Assembly: GCF_006345805.1 (NCBI RefSeq) | Contig: NC_043006.1 | Span: forward strand, 29,450,001-29,514,000 | Source: Octopus sinensis | Taxonomy: Eukaryota | Direction: 5' to 3' | Length of the DNA: 64,000 bases | Shown: in pieces, positions 37,816 through 50,069 of the stretch | Layout of the letters: the number at the start of each line of letters is the position of its first letter | How positions within the stretch are numbered: position 1 is the first letter of the stretch | The notes under the pieces: model-generated | Seen by the model: only the letters and a program-made list of their open reading frames with translations | Databases searched by the model: none | What the model was told of the DNA's origin: nothing | Program-made: the position numbers and the translations under genes

Positions 37816-39009
37816 CTGGGAAAATAATCGTTGAACAAATAAGAAGACAATTCAGCCAATTATGTAAAATTGATTCAAAACTGAAAGAAGTGTTTAAAAA
37901 TTTTTATAATGAATATGTCAGTATCGTTTACACTGTTCACCCCAAACAGGTTTCTAATTGACAAGCAAACTTTTACTCATTAATACAAATAACAAATTGC
38001 ATCTGTCTCTTTAACCTTTATTGGTCTTTCCTTGCTTAAACTAACAAACATTTAACTTTCCCTGTTCAAACCAGCTGAATATAGTCACCCTCTCCCTCTC
38101 ATCATTTCTTTAGTATCTCCATTCCTAAATCATGTATGGAACACCTTTCCTAATCTTCTTCTCAGTTGTAACCCCCAGACCTTACTTCCTGTCTATATTT
38201 TCTCCATAAACATCACTACATCCCACTATCCACTACATCAAATCATCTTCCCTACCCCTACACCAAATCATCTACTCAATACTTGTTCATCATTCATTAT
38301 ATTCACCCCACCACCAATCCTCACACTCTCGTAATCTCTTAGTCACCCATATTTGCAATCCTTCTATCCCCATCCACCTCTATTTCTTCGTACCCTAAGG
38401 GTCCACCCCAATACCTTATCACTTCTTCTTTTTTCTCTCTTTCTCTCCACTCCACCCCAAAACACCTTCACCCTCTTTCCGATAATGTGTTCTGATCTGG
38501 CCCTTTTCCCATACTTAACTCCTCATCTGTTAGCATGGGGTTCATAGTCTTTCAAACTACATGAAAATCTTGCCAGTGTTGGTAGCAAGAAAAAAAAGCA
38601 ATCAGCTCATAATGTAAAGTGGTTAGCATTAGGAAGGCTTTCAAACATTGGGTGGTGAGGCAATCCTTTGAATCAAAGGATCCTGTCAAACCATCCAACC
38701 CATGCCACCAAGGAAGATGATGATAATGATAAAACTTTAAGTTAGGATACTGAACTGACCATGCTAAACAATGAAGACAATGACTTGGGGTTTAATCAGT
38801 ATTGTATGAGGTTTTGCATGCAGTTCTCTGCCATAGAAATAAAATATTAAATATCTTGCATTAAGAAATGCTGCAATCATCATTCCACTTATTTCTATAA
38901 GAATATAATTGGATCTGTCAAGTCCAATTTTCCACTCCACCCAAGAAGACCTGCCCACAACAAAACTGATATCCTAAAACCAAAGTACCACATAAAAACA
39001 TTAGGATTA

Positions 39010-39223
39010 GTGCTGGTGCCACATAAAAAAAACACTGATGATGATGCTGTGAAAAAAGCACCCAGTACCCTCTGTGAAGTGGTTGGCTTCAGGAAGGGCA
39101 TCCAGCTGCAGAAACCAAGCCAAAACATATTATGGAACCTGGTGCAGCCCTGGACTTGTCAGTTCCTGTCAAGCCATCCAACACATACCAGTACAGAATA
39201 CAAATGTTAAATGATGATGATGG
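39010..39223 (+). mobile_element. RTE 3' tail fragment (another at ~38575-38730)
   Basis: AGGAAGGGCATCCAGCTG..GTTAAATGATGATG. Confidence 0.75.
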
Positions 39224-40067
39224 TGAAAGATCTTGAAGTACATGTACATTAAATTTGCCTTTTATTGTCCTGAAACCTTTTGACAGAGTTTTCAATAATG
39301 CCATAATTAATTTTCTATCTCATAAAAGTAGTTTCGGCTTCATTAGTGCAGATACATTATTGTGTAACAATATTGTGAAACTGTAGACATTTCAAGATGT
39401 GAAATATCATTCTATGGATAAGTCCCAAAATGGATACACCTGTAACATACTGGGCTAAAAAGACCTTACATGGTCAAGAGGTCAAAAGTTAATTGTATAA
39501 TTCAATTTTACAAGCAACAGGTTTCACGCTGTTTTTTTTTCTTTATTTTTCTAAATAATTTACTCTTTTGATAATTTTATGCTTTCCACCAAAGAAAAAG
39601 TACATTCATATTTGGCTGAGTACTGTGTTGGTGTATGTTTTCAAACTGATACACTGAAAATATTTGATATTTCAAGCTCATAAAAAGTGAACTACATGCA
39701 AATTATCATCTACATCTCAGTTGCCTGAAACAAGTATGAATATAACTAATAGGTCTTTAGATTATATTTAGTATCCATTCACATAATTAGAGCAGTTACT
39801 ACATAAGATAATTGTTACTGATGTAGCTAAAATAATCATTATTGATGTTAGCCTAAGAAACATTAGCTGTTGACAAGCAGTCAACAGTTGAAATAGTTAT
39901 AAGGGCTGTCAACAGCTGTATTATTACCAAATAATATATAAATATTATAGTTAAATATATTTGTTTGAAGAAATGTCAATTTCATTTTAAACATCCAACA
40001 TCAAGGATATTCTTTCATTATCACAAATTAAATAAGAAAATCTCTGATTTGAATAGCGTACACTCAC

Positions 40068-40254
40068 CGACCACTTTGACGATAAACCGTTTCACATGAA
40101 GCAAGGTATGTCAATACATTATCATTGTTGTTACCTAAATCCCATTTCATGTATTGTAAAGTATGCCTGAAACTTGGGACAAGAACTGCTTCAAGCAACA
40201 TCGGCTCCATGACAGCTCCCTTTTTGATGGAGCCATTGTTCTTGAGCTGAACAC
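40068..40254 (-). CDS. PKD1L1-like exon 7 (187 nt, phase 1-2)
   Basis: TTGCAG/GTGAGT; VQLKNNGS...YMKWDLGNN...TVYRQSG. Confidence 0.88.
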
Positions 40255-40304
40255 CTGCAATTTTATCAAATAAGGGAAAGGTACTAATCAAATTTACAAA
40301 TACA

Positions 40305-40336
40305 ATATATATATATATATATATAAATATATACGT

Positions 40337-40371
<35 letters not shown>

Positions 40372-40473
40372 AACATACACATATACATACATATATATAT
40401 ATATAATATACACATATACATACATATATATATAATACACACACACACACACATACATACATATACATATACA
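40305..40473. repeat. Compound (TA)n/(CA)n/(TACA)n microsatellite
   Basis: Directly visible; a pure (TA)n tract also lies at ~40553-40592. Confidence 0.9.
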
Positions 40474-40550
40474 TAATTACATGAAATGAAAACTTCTTAT
40501 GATAGCATGAAATTGTAACATTATCACTAACTCCTTAGTCACGATTACCA

Positions 40551-40594
<44 letters not shown>

Positions 40595-41446
40595 TGATGA
40601 TGATATTGCCTGACATACAATTTCTGTGCATTTTGCTTCTAATATTTTTCACTACAATTCATCAGGGATAAAATTTTCAGTTAAAGATTTTTTACTACTC
40701 TCTCTCTTTCTCTCTCTCTCTCTCTGTGCTTTTATTTGTTTGTTTGTCTGTCTCTGTACGAATGATTTTATCAGTCAAGAGATTGTAAGGTTACAATCCA
40801 ATAGAAATGGGGAAATAAAAAGTAATACTTCTTCTTAAAATTTGAACTTAGTTTTAAAGTGTGCAATCCAACACCTCACATTCTTATCTATATTCAATGT
40901 GTTAATAGCATCAATAGAGAAATCAAAGAAACCTAGCACATAATACATATTGTTCATTAAATGTATCTAATTGTTTATTACTATTGTCTCCTTTTTCATT
41001 TGTTTTATCTGAAAATAAAGATGTTGCCATGAGCACTTTCAGACAGATTTTCTCATTTATTGCTTTCAACCACATTAATAAAACGAAAATGTTTGATACA
41101 AATTATCAATTCAGTAAACAGGCAAGTTAAGAGAATTGTAGTTTCTTTGCATGCATCAAAAAACACACACACACATTTTATGTACATATAGATTTATATA
41201 TAAATTATATACATGTATTTATTATATATATATATAATTAACATTTCATTTGACAGTAATGAAATGAAAATGAAATACGTAAAGAAAAACCTAGAATAAT
41301 TTTGTTTTATTGCGACAAGAGAGAGAGATCTGCCACTAACTCTTTCAATCAACAGTTCAGTGACTGTGTGTAAAGAGACTTGCTGAAGCACTTGAAATAA
41401 TAAAAATAAAAAACATATAGAGTTGTTAGTTTCGTTTGAGCCTTAC

Positions 41447-41566
41447 TTGAAATTTTATTCCATCCATATACCTCCATAGATGTAGAGATTGTGGAGCCTT
41501 TGTTTTTTGCATGAAGGGTTATAGATTTCCTGCCAGCTGTTAGATAGCGATGACTCACAGTCAATC
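41447..41566 (-). CDS. PKD1L1-like exon 6 (120 nt, phase 1-1)
   Basis: ATACAG/GTAAGG; LTVSHRYLTAGRKSITLHAKNKGSTISTSMEVYGWNKIS; phase matches both neighbours. Confidence 0.85.
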
Positions 41567-42249
41567 CTGTATAAGATCAAACAATGTAAAGAAATGGAAA
41601 ACATGTGTCATGAGATAAACAATCAGAAAACACTATTATTTCAGCTGACATTTTCAAACTTGAGCCTTCAGAGATGACTATATCATGGATATTAATATAC
41701 AAGTTCCAAGAAATCTGTGCTTGCTGATACAAAATAGCTCTATAGGATGATGTTACATGTTCGAATATTGTTTGAGATCACATGTTAGCAAACCAAAATC
41801 TCTTGATAATGGCTTCTGAGAAGTAAGCATTCTCTATGTGAGAAGCAAATTGATCTTTCAGCAATTTAAATGCCAGTTTTCCAGTCATTTAGATGAACTT
41901 TCAAACACAGATTTGGGAAAGAGAGATGGCGTACAAAATTTACACAAGCAGTGATTTATAAAGGTTTACATGAAAACTTGTTCTATCATACTATATACTA
42001 CACTACACCTTAGATAAAAGGATATGATTTTATAGACTATGCAAGAATATATGTGTAATTTGTGCAATACTCTACCCCACATTACCATATAAGGCTACAC
42101 TAAGAGACTAATGGAAGAGTATTAACAATCCTCACCAGATTTTCTTTCAGTGGCAATCTACATTGTAGCTCCCAGTGACAAACTGACAATATTCCTTTCA
42201 ACGAAAAATTTGCATCACAGTTTCTCTTAAATTTAATTGATGTGGATTC

Positions 42250-42693
42250 TTGAAAGAAATGAAGCGAGTATGCTTCATGGGATGTACAATGTCAGTGTGC
42301 ATGTATGACAGAATGTGAGAGTATATAGAAGTGCTGATCTCTAACTCTGGCAGGAACCTATGGAAGAGGCGGACCCAGGGAGATGTGGGATGAGGTGGTG
42401 AAATATGAACTTCAGATGTTGAGTTTCATGGGCAATTTGCTGTGCTTGAGAAGACACATCAAGCTAAGTGGAATTGCAGTTGTAGCCAGTGCTGGTGACA
42501 TGTAAAAGGCACCAGGTACACTCTGCGGAAAGGTTGGCATTAGAAACGGCATCCAGTGATAGAAACCAAGTCAAAAACAGACTGAAGGCTGGTGCAGCTC
42601 TCCAGCTTACCAGTTCTAGTCAAACCATCTAACTCATGCCAGCATGGAAAACAGACGCTAAACAATGATGATGACAATGGTGATGGTGATGAT
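42250..42693 (+). mobile_element. RTE LINE 3' fragment
   Basis: LERNEASML.., GRGGPR..WDEVV, tail ending (GAT)n. Confidence 0.8.
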
Positions 42694-43932
42694 TATATCT
42701 GTTGCAGCTTTTCATTTATAACAATCATCTCTAGAAGACTCAAAATTTGAAACATTACTAATTCAAATTAACAATGGAACTAGGAATTCTGTTCACATAA
42801 ATGTTTCCCTTGTCTAATATATTTCAGTCAGGCAGTTGTAAAGTCTCAACAGGTCCTGAATATACTCCAAAATACAAATTATTATGTTATAGGAAATTTT
42901 GCCATAAACATTTTTGCTGTAGGAAATATCGCTGTAAAAAGATAAATTGCAAGAAAAAAGATTAGCTGTTTTCTTAAAATGGCAACTTCAACAACTAACC
43001 TACCAACTGGAAAGAAGCAATTACTTTAAAATGATTTATCTATTTTGTAGTCTGTTTGTGTGCCTCTTTTAAGAGTAAATTTCCTGCAGCAGAAGTGTTT
43101 ACGGCAAATTTTCTGGACATGAAATTACTAGCCTCATCTTGGAGTTGATCACTTGCAACAGTGAAGAATAGAGACACAATATGATAATTTTGGTTGAATT
43201 TTTAAAATATCTTTCTGAACAGTAGCCAAACATCTATGAAACAGTTTTCAACTATCATATTTTGTATTTAAGCTTTATCATTTTATGGCAGCATCGGAAA
43301 TAAACATCGTGTTCATTTTAATGATAGTATGCCATTAATACAGTAAGCGTAGTTGGATATTATCTCAAGCTCCAATTACTTTTTCTCAACAGAAAACCTG
43401 TTTGATCTCTAAAGGAAACTGAACAGATTATTTTAAGTTCCAAGCATATAATGTCATAGTTACAATAAGGTGTATATTTATAGAACCATTCTGCTAATAT
43501 CTTCCACCCACTTATCTATACATGTATCATGTGGTAAACATATACAAATAAAGTGCTGACAGAATGCCAATTCATAACCACAAGTATACATGTTATTTTG
43601 TCACACAATTTTCTAACCAGTTCGTCCAAATTTTTCTCAGCATCACTTTTGTGGAACTTCCTTCTCACATGTTTTTTTTCCAGAACTCCTTTATCACATG
43701 TTTCTGTTTTTTTTTTTTTCCTGGAACTCACTTCTCACATGATTTTGTTTATTTAGAAAGAAAAAAATTTTTTAATTAAAAAAAAAAAAGATGAGAAACC
43801 TGCAACAATTTGAACTAAATATCAGCCAGTTTTGTCCTTATTCACTTATCCTTATCTGCAAGAACAGTCAGTCCCATACAGACTTAGCTCCACATCCTTT
43901 AATTAGCAAATACAAAAAGAAGCTATTTTTAC

Positions 43933-44160
43933 CTGCATTTATTAGTTCTGTTTGATCTCCTAAGTTCCAGTCGAAGGTAACATTTGTGCCTGATTCCAGA
44001 AAACCTTGGAAGGTGATGTTGTTACCTAACAGATAACTGGCATTAGTGCTTTTAATCGTGAGATTTTTAGGTGGATGTTGAACATAAAACAGTTCTGCCA
44101 TGCTTACTGTTACATTTCCCAGAGGATTTCTGGCTGTTAGCTTGATAGAATAAATTCCCT
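43933..44160 (-). CDS. PKD1L1-like exon 5 (228 nt, phase 1-1), PKD repeat
   Basis: TTTCAG/GTAAAA; GIYSIKLTARNPLG...GTNVTFDWNLGDQ. Confidence 0.92.
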
Positions 44161-44316
44161 CTGAAAGAAACATTAAAATATGACTACGGATGAAACAGAG
44201 TTGTTTTAAAAGTAAATTGCATTAACATATATGGTGCATTAAAACAGTAGCTAGACATAAATAAATTTACAGAAGAACAACAATAGGAGTCAATGACTAA
44301 TATTACTGTTCATTAA

Positions 44317-44510
44317 GGCAGCAATCTGCCAGAATCATAGCTATGCTCAGCAAAATGGTAAGCAGCATTTCAACCATCTTTATGTTTTGAGTCCAGATCA
44401 ACTTTGCCTTTTATCTTTTCAGGTTTGCCAATATAAGTATCAGTTGAGCACTGGGGAATGATATTATTGAGCCCGAAATGGCTGGCCTTGTGCCAAAATT
44501 TGAAACCAAT
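44317..44510 (+). mobile_element. Diverged SINE, family B
   Basis: GGCAGCAATCTGCCAGAATC..ACTTTGCCTTTTATC. Confidence 0.6.
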
Positions 44511-44775
44511 ACTATTGTTTATACTTTTAGCCAGTAGGGGAAATAACTTTAGACATATTTTAGTCCTATTCTGAGCTCAACAGTGTAGCAGAGGCCGCAT
44601 CATACTTTACAAAGCAGTGAGAAAAGAATCTCTAAGCAAGTATACAAGTTTTTTTTCATTTGTTAGGGAAGGAAAATACAATTGTCTTTTATCTTTTACT
44701 TGTTTCGGTCATTAGACTATGGCCATGCTGGAGCACCGCCTTGCAGAATTTTAGTTGAACAAATCAACCCAAGTA

Positions 44776-45335
44776 TCAGGTCATCCCATAAGTTCTGTCC
44801 AAATTTTGAATAAAGAAAACAAGTCATCAAATGTTATATTTAATTGAAATTTAATCATCAATGTACTTTCCCTGATTATCTATGACTTCCTTCCATCTAG
44901 TTACAAGGTTTTTAATCCCATCAATGTAAAACTCTTTTGGTTTCAAAGTGAAGAACTCTGAAATGTCAGTTTCAACCTACTCCTGGCTTGCAAAAGTTAT
45001 GTCCCCCAAATGATTCTGTAAACTATGAAACAAATACTAGTCTGAAGGAGCAAGGTTGCTCTTCGATCTCCTGTGATGTGATCTTTGCAGTGTGGGATCA
45101 CGCATTGTCCTGATGAAACATCACTCCTTTTTGATTCACTAAAGCGGGTCTTTTTTTTGCTTCAAAGTTTGGTTCAAATGCTCTAATTGCTGACAGTAGA
45201 CTTGAGCATTGATTGTTGCATTAGGTGGTAACAATCCAAAGTGAATTACTCCTTTGCAATCCCACCAGATAGAGACGTGCTGCCTATGTAGGCAAGGTAG
45301 GCAGTGCCTACTTTGAATAAAATATATTGAGAGCA
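44776..45335 (-). mobile_element. Mariner 3' half remnant
   Basis: TA|TCAGGTCATCCCATAAG TIR-like end; SIWWDCKGVIHFGLLPPNATINAQVYCQQL, FHQDNA. Confidence 0.8.
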
Positions 45336-45569
45336 ACATTTTCCTTTCATGGCAATTATGAAGGTTACTCTGATTACTATGCATAAAATGCAAAATCTTT
45401 TATTCTGTTGTAGATTAGGCAGGCATAATTTGCCCCCTACCTTTCAATCTCAGTATTTAAGCTATGCACAGAACTGCTGTAGTACATGTGCTGCGTACAT
45501 TCCTACAACACAGTTTTCTTTATGTGCTATGAAGGCAGAAGTAAATCTGCCTCCAACTCAGTCACACAC

Positions 45570-45797
45570 CTTTTTCTTTACTACCCACAAGGGACTAAAC
45601 ACAGAGAGGACAAACAAGGACAGACAAACGGTTGATTATATCGATCCGAGTGCGTAACTGGTACTTATTTAATCGACCCCGAAAGGATGAAAGGCAAAGT
45701 CAACCTTGGCAGAATTTGAACTCAGAACGAAGCGGCAGACGAAATACCGCTAAGCATTTCGCCCGGCGTGCTAACATTTCTGCCAGCTCGCCGCCTA
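45570..45797 (-). mobile_element. tRNA-derived SINE, family B (young-looking copy)
   Basis: Reverse complement of 23846-24074, CpGs retained. Confidence 0.85.
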
Positions 45798-46116
45798 CCC
45801 TGAGTAATTACAGACGGCACATGCTTGAAAATAACCCAAGGCATTTAAACACATTGCATTGCTTTATTCGTAGAATTATTTCAAAGAAGATAGAGGAGTT
45901 AAAACCATAGCTGAAATGTTGAATGAAACCTGCAGTGAAGTAAGTTGCTAACCCTTTAGTAAGTAAGTAAGCTGATATACTATGACATTTAAGAATGAAA
46001 ACAACTCATGTAAATATATTGGTCTTGAAGTATCTCAACGATATTGTTTTCATCAACTTGATAACTCTCAAAACACTTAAATTTTAGAAATATAACTGAA
46101 CAACAATAGTCCTTAC

Positions 46117-46244
46117 CTTTAGCAAATTTTTTGTATGATACAGCATTTTGAACATTGTCAGTAAAGCTGTTAAGAACATAAACAACGTCAACATCTTCAC
46201 CATCCCCATAATCAAAGAGAAATGTAACATTTGAACCTGTGCAG
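46117..46244 (-). CDS. PKD1L1-like exon 4 (128 nt, phase 2-1), PKD repeat
   Basis: TTTTACAG/GTAAGG; CTGSNVTFLFDYGDGEDVDVVYV...KKFAK. Confidence 0.9.
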
Positions 46245-47419
46245 CTGTAAAATAAAAATAGAAAATTAGTAAAACAAAGGCGAATAAAAGAGAAAAAGAA
46301 AAAAAATTTGTGAAATCATGACAACTATGTAACTTTCGGTTCATTCCTACTGAATTGCACCTTACGAAACCCTTGTGAGTGAATTTGGTAGACAGAAGCA
46401 AAAGAATCCCATCATATCTATCTATCCATCTGCCTGTCTGTCTCATTGTATGTATGTCATTATCCACTTTCTCTCCTCTATCCCACCATTATATCAGTTA
46501 GTTGTGTTTACATTTTATTTAGGTTTTCACTGGGACATTCTACCAATACAACTTTTTAATACAAATGGCTATGGCTTCTACCATACTGTGGGTTCTTATT
46601 TCTTTGTCCTCAGGGTTATCCTTCTGACACATTTCACTTTTGTGTCCTAGCTACAACATCATGTCTCATTGGTAGATAATACTGTGATATTTTCGGACAA
46701 CTGCTTATAATGTGGGTGATATCTTCAGTGTTAACTCCACAAAGTCTGCATTGGGTGTCACATGTTACTGCTTCTCCTGCATCTCTGTCTCTTTTGTGCA
46801 TCAGGTGTTTGGTTGATATTTCTTATTCCTGGATTGAAAATGCATGCCCTTCAAAGTGGGTAAAAATAAACCATAAACAAAAAGTAAACAAAATTTGAAG
46901 GGAATCCAAAGCCAATTCATGTCACAACTTCACCTCATATTCTTGATTTAATGGTTTTGAAACTGTTTGCTTCAATTGATGGTGTAAGTGCTTTAATAGC
47001 TGGAATTCTTTTACTAAATACCTCCAGTCAATTGCATTATTTAAGATTGTCATGTATTTTCAAGACTGACATGACTCTACTGCTGAAGTCTATTTTAGAC
47101 TTCAGTAGTAGAGTCACGAACCTTGCCTAAGAGCACAATGAAATGCAGCCAATAAGTTTAGGTAATATTTTTCAATCAACAGTCAACGTCTGGATGCAGA
47201 CACTATCTACAAGATCAGAACTGACTTGGGATTAAACACAACTCAACATCTTATGAATAGAATAAATTGGATGTGAATAAGTTACAAACTTGAGGCAGAA
47301 ACCAGCAATCATTTGAAGCAATCACTGTGTTTGATCCTTCACAATACTAACTCTTACACTAAAACATACCAGACTACAATTTTTTGGCAATAATGATAAC
47401 ATAGTAAAAAAAGACTTAC

Positions 47420-47656
47420 TTAGCTTGAAATACAATTTTTGAAGTTGTCTGAACTGGAGGCTGACTTAAGGGTGCACCATATCTCCCCGATAGAGGAAAG
47501 ATAACAACATTGGTAATTCTTTGAACAGGAGCAAATTTAAATGGTAGCGTTATCTCTTCTTTTGATATCATCCAAGGATCGACCATTTCTACCGATATTT
47601 CATACTCTTGACCTGCTGTAAGGAATCTGAATACTGCTGTGCTACTTCGATTGTCA
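47420..47656 (-). CDS. PKD1L1-like exon 3 (237 nt, phase 2-2)
   Basis: TTTAG/GTAAGT; DNRSSTAVFRFLTAGQEYEISVEMVDPW...KIVFQA, open frame. Confidence 0.85.
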
Positions 47657-48072
47657 CTAAATTAGCAAAGAAGAGAAATCCAAAATTAAAACATTAAATA
47701 TAAAGGAAACATATTGGACTTAAAAAATCTGAAATATGTGAAATTTTTTTGTTTTTAGTTTAATGTTATCTATACTAAAATCAGTCAGTGGCTTTCCAAA
47801 ATTATTGATTTTATTACAACACATCAGATTAAAAGAAATAATTCCTTTGGTATAGTACTTGAGAGTTCTGATACTGATTTACATCAATGTTTACACGGCA
47901 GCATGGATAGGATTTCTATAAAATTCAGACATTTGTACAATCTAAAAAAATACCATAGTGATGGGATGTTCTGTTAAGACAAAGAAATTATTTAACACTT
48001 CTGTAAAATGCATTGGCTTCTTTCTTGACCTTATTTATCACAGTGTAATTAATTATAAAATAAATGTATATA

Positions 48073-48379
48073 TCTTTATATATAAAATTGAAGTTGTGTG
48101 TGTGAGACTCTGTCTCCTCCGATTTAGATTCCTAACTACTCCCACATTTTGCAGTGCAGTTTAAACAAAAGCGGGTATCTTATAGTCGTCACTCATATTG
48201 AGCCCTTCTGGGTATTAGTGTGTGTCTACGATGAGTCTACGATTTAAAAAAAAATTTACCATAATTTTTCCGCATTTTTAATGATTTTTGCTCGGGTTAT
48301 ATAAGGGAAGTAACTCTCTAAAAATGCTTATATAGTTATTTCCCTTACAAACCCGAGCAACGCCGGGCGATACTGCTAG
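48073..48379 (+). mobile_element. Short non-autonomous Helitron
   Basis: A|TC start, 3' hairpin CCCG-AGCAACGC-CGGG, CTAG|T end. Confidence 0.8.
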
Positions 48380-48531
48380 TTATATCTAAACATTGATGTA
48401 TGGCAAGCTTCTGTCTGACAGAGGAGAGCTTCTTTTGTCTACTAAAACCTGTAGACTAAAATCAAATATCTTTCACCTGGAAAGAACTGTTTAATTACAT
48501 GCAAAGACAAAGCAAATATGAATAACTTTAC

Positions 48532-49100
48532 CTGATTAAGTTGACTATATAGCAATCAGCTGAGTGTTTCCAACTGAAAGTGATGTTATTACCAGTGTCA
48601 ACGTATGCAGTCACAGTTACAGATTCATCCAGTGAGACAACTCTCGAAGAATTTGTTTCAATTCGGAAACCAGTAATGGCTTCATCAATTATTACAGTGG
48701 CTTTACGTTTTATACTTGACACATCATTGTAAACAATCATTTCAAGTTCATATTGTCCAGGGACAGTATACAAATAGGTCATGGAAACATCATGCTCTGG
48801 TGTCTCGCTGGGTTCAGTAGCTTCAAAGAAATTATAGTACGGCATCTGTAGCAAATCATCAGGTGCAAATATTCTTTCTTCGCCATCTCCAAAACTAACA
48901 TCAACTGATATATAAATGCCACCATACACGTAGAAATCAATCGGCACCGATTTATTAGCAACACCATATATGGTGTCCAAGTCAATTTTTAACACTGGAT
49001 AACATGATTCTACAATCACGAAGGCATTTTGTTGGCTGATACTGTTTTTAGCAAAAACAGAGATATTATAGAAGCTAGGCACGGAGAGGTGGAAAGAAAG
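48532..49100 (-). CDS. PKD1L1-like exon 2 (569 nt, phase 0-2), PKD repeats
   Basis: TTTTCAG acceptor, GTAAAG donor; ORF 48528..49112 with VSFGDG, YLYTVPGQYELEMIVYN, GNNITFSW. Confidence 0.92.
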
Positions 49101-49383
49101 CTGAAAATACAAAATTTCATTTAATTTTACTGGTTATATAGGTAGATACATACTTTTTACATGTGCACACACACACACACACTGCAAAATAAACAACTGC
49201 AGGTATTAAACATCAATTTAATATTCGTAAATGTTTGGAGATAAATGAAAATTTGAGCAACCAATATCAAATAAAGACCTTTATTTTGTCTATTGTTGTT
49301 TTATATATTTAAATGATTTATTGGAAATGAGAGTTATCAATGGAAATAATGAAAAATAGAAGATGAAAGTTAGTATAGCGTGA

Positions 49384-49680
49384 ATCATCATCATCATCAT
49401 TTAACGTCCACCTTCCTTGCTGGCATGGGTGGAAGGGTTTGACAGGAGCTGGCCAGGCAGAAGCCTGTGCCAGGCTTCTGTGACTGTTTTAGTAGGATAC
49501 CCTTCCTAACAGCAAGCACCCAACAGAGTGGACTTACTGCTTTTTCTGTAGCACAAGCACAGGCAAGGTCAGTTTTGGCAAGATTTTCACAGCTGGATGC
49601 CCTTCCACTTTACAGTGCGGTCTGGATGTTTTTTAAGTGCACCCACACTGACAGGATCACCAAGTAGCTTGCAAGGCAAA
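49384..49680 (-). mobile_element. RTE 3' tail fragment
   Basis: (CAT)n-TTAACGTCC..GCTGGCATGGG. Confidence 0.7.
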
Positions 49681-50069
49681 AATCTTTTGAGAGGGGAGGG
49701 GGTATTGGAGGAAGTGATCTTGTATCAGATGATGAAAGGTGATAATGAGGCAGAGAGACAGAAACAGGTGTCTTGCTGTAGAGGAAGTACAAGGTTACCC
49801 AGTCGGAAGGAGGGAGGGGGAGAGAGAGAGACAGAGGGAGAGGGAGGGAGAGAGAGGAGGAGAGAGAGAGAGATCAGGAATGAAAACAAAACAGGTGTGT
49901 TGCCACAAAGGAAATACATGGTTACCCAGCTTGAGGGAAGTGCAGGAGAAGGAGAGAGGAGAGAGTGGGATACTGCAGGATGCAGATGGTGGCAATATGC
50001 CAGGCATACTCAGAGGTCTTCACAAGTGGCATTTGTGAGGCTCACAGAGCTTGAGGCCAAGCCTTAAAG

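Noticed and set aside
40549-40596. Perfect palindrome CATG(AT)nCATG
   Set aside because: Self-complementarity follows trivially from the (AT)n repeat; the 4-nt flanks can arise by chance.
41194-41391. Minus-strand ORF next to exon 6
   Set aside because: Exon 6 already joins exon 7 in phase; no PKD motif and only a weak donor.
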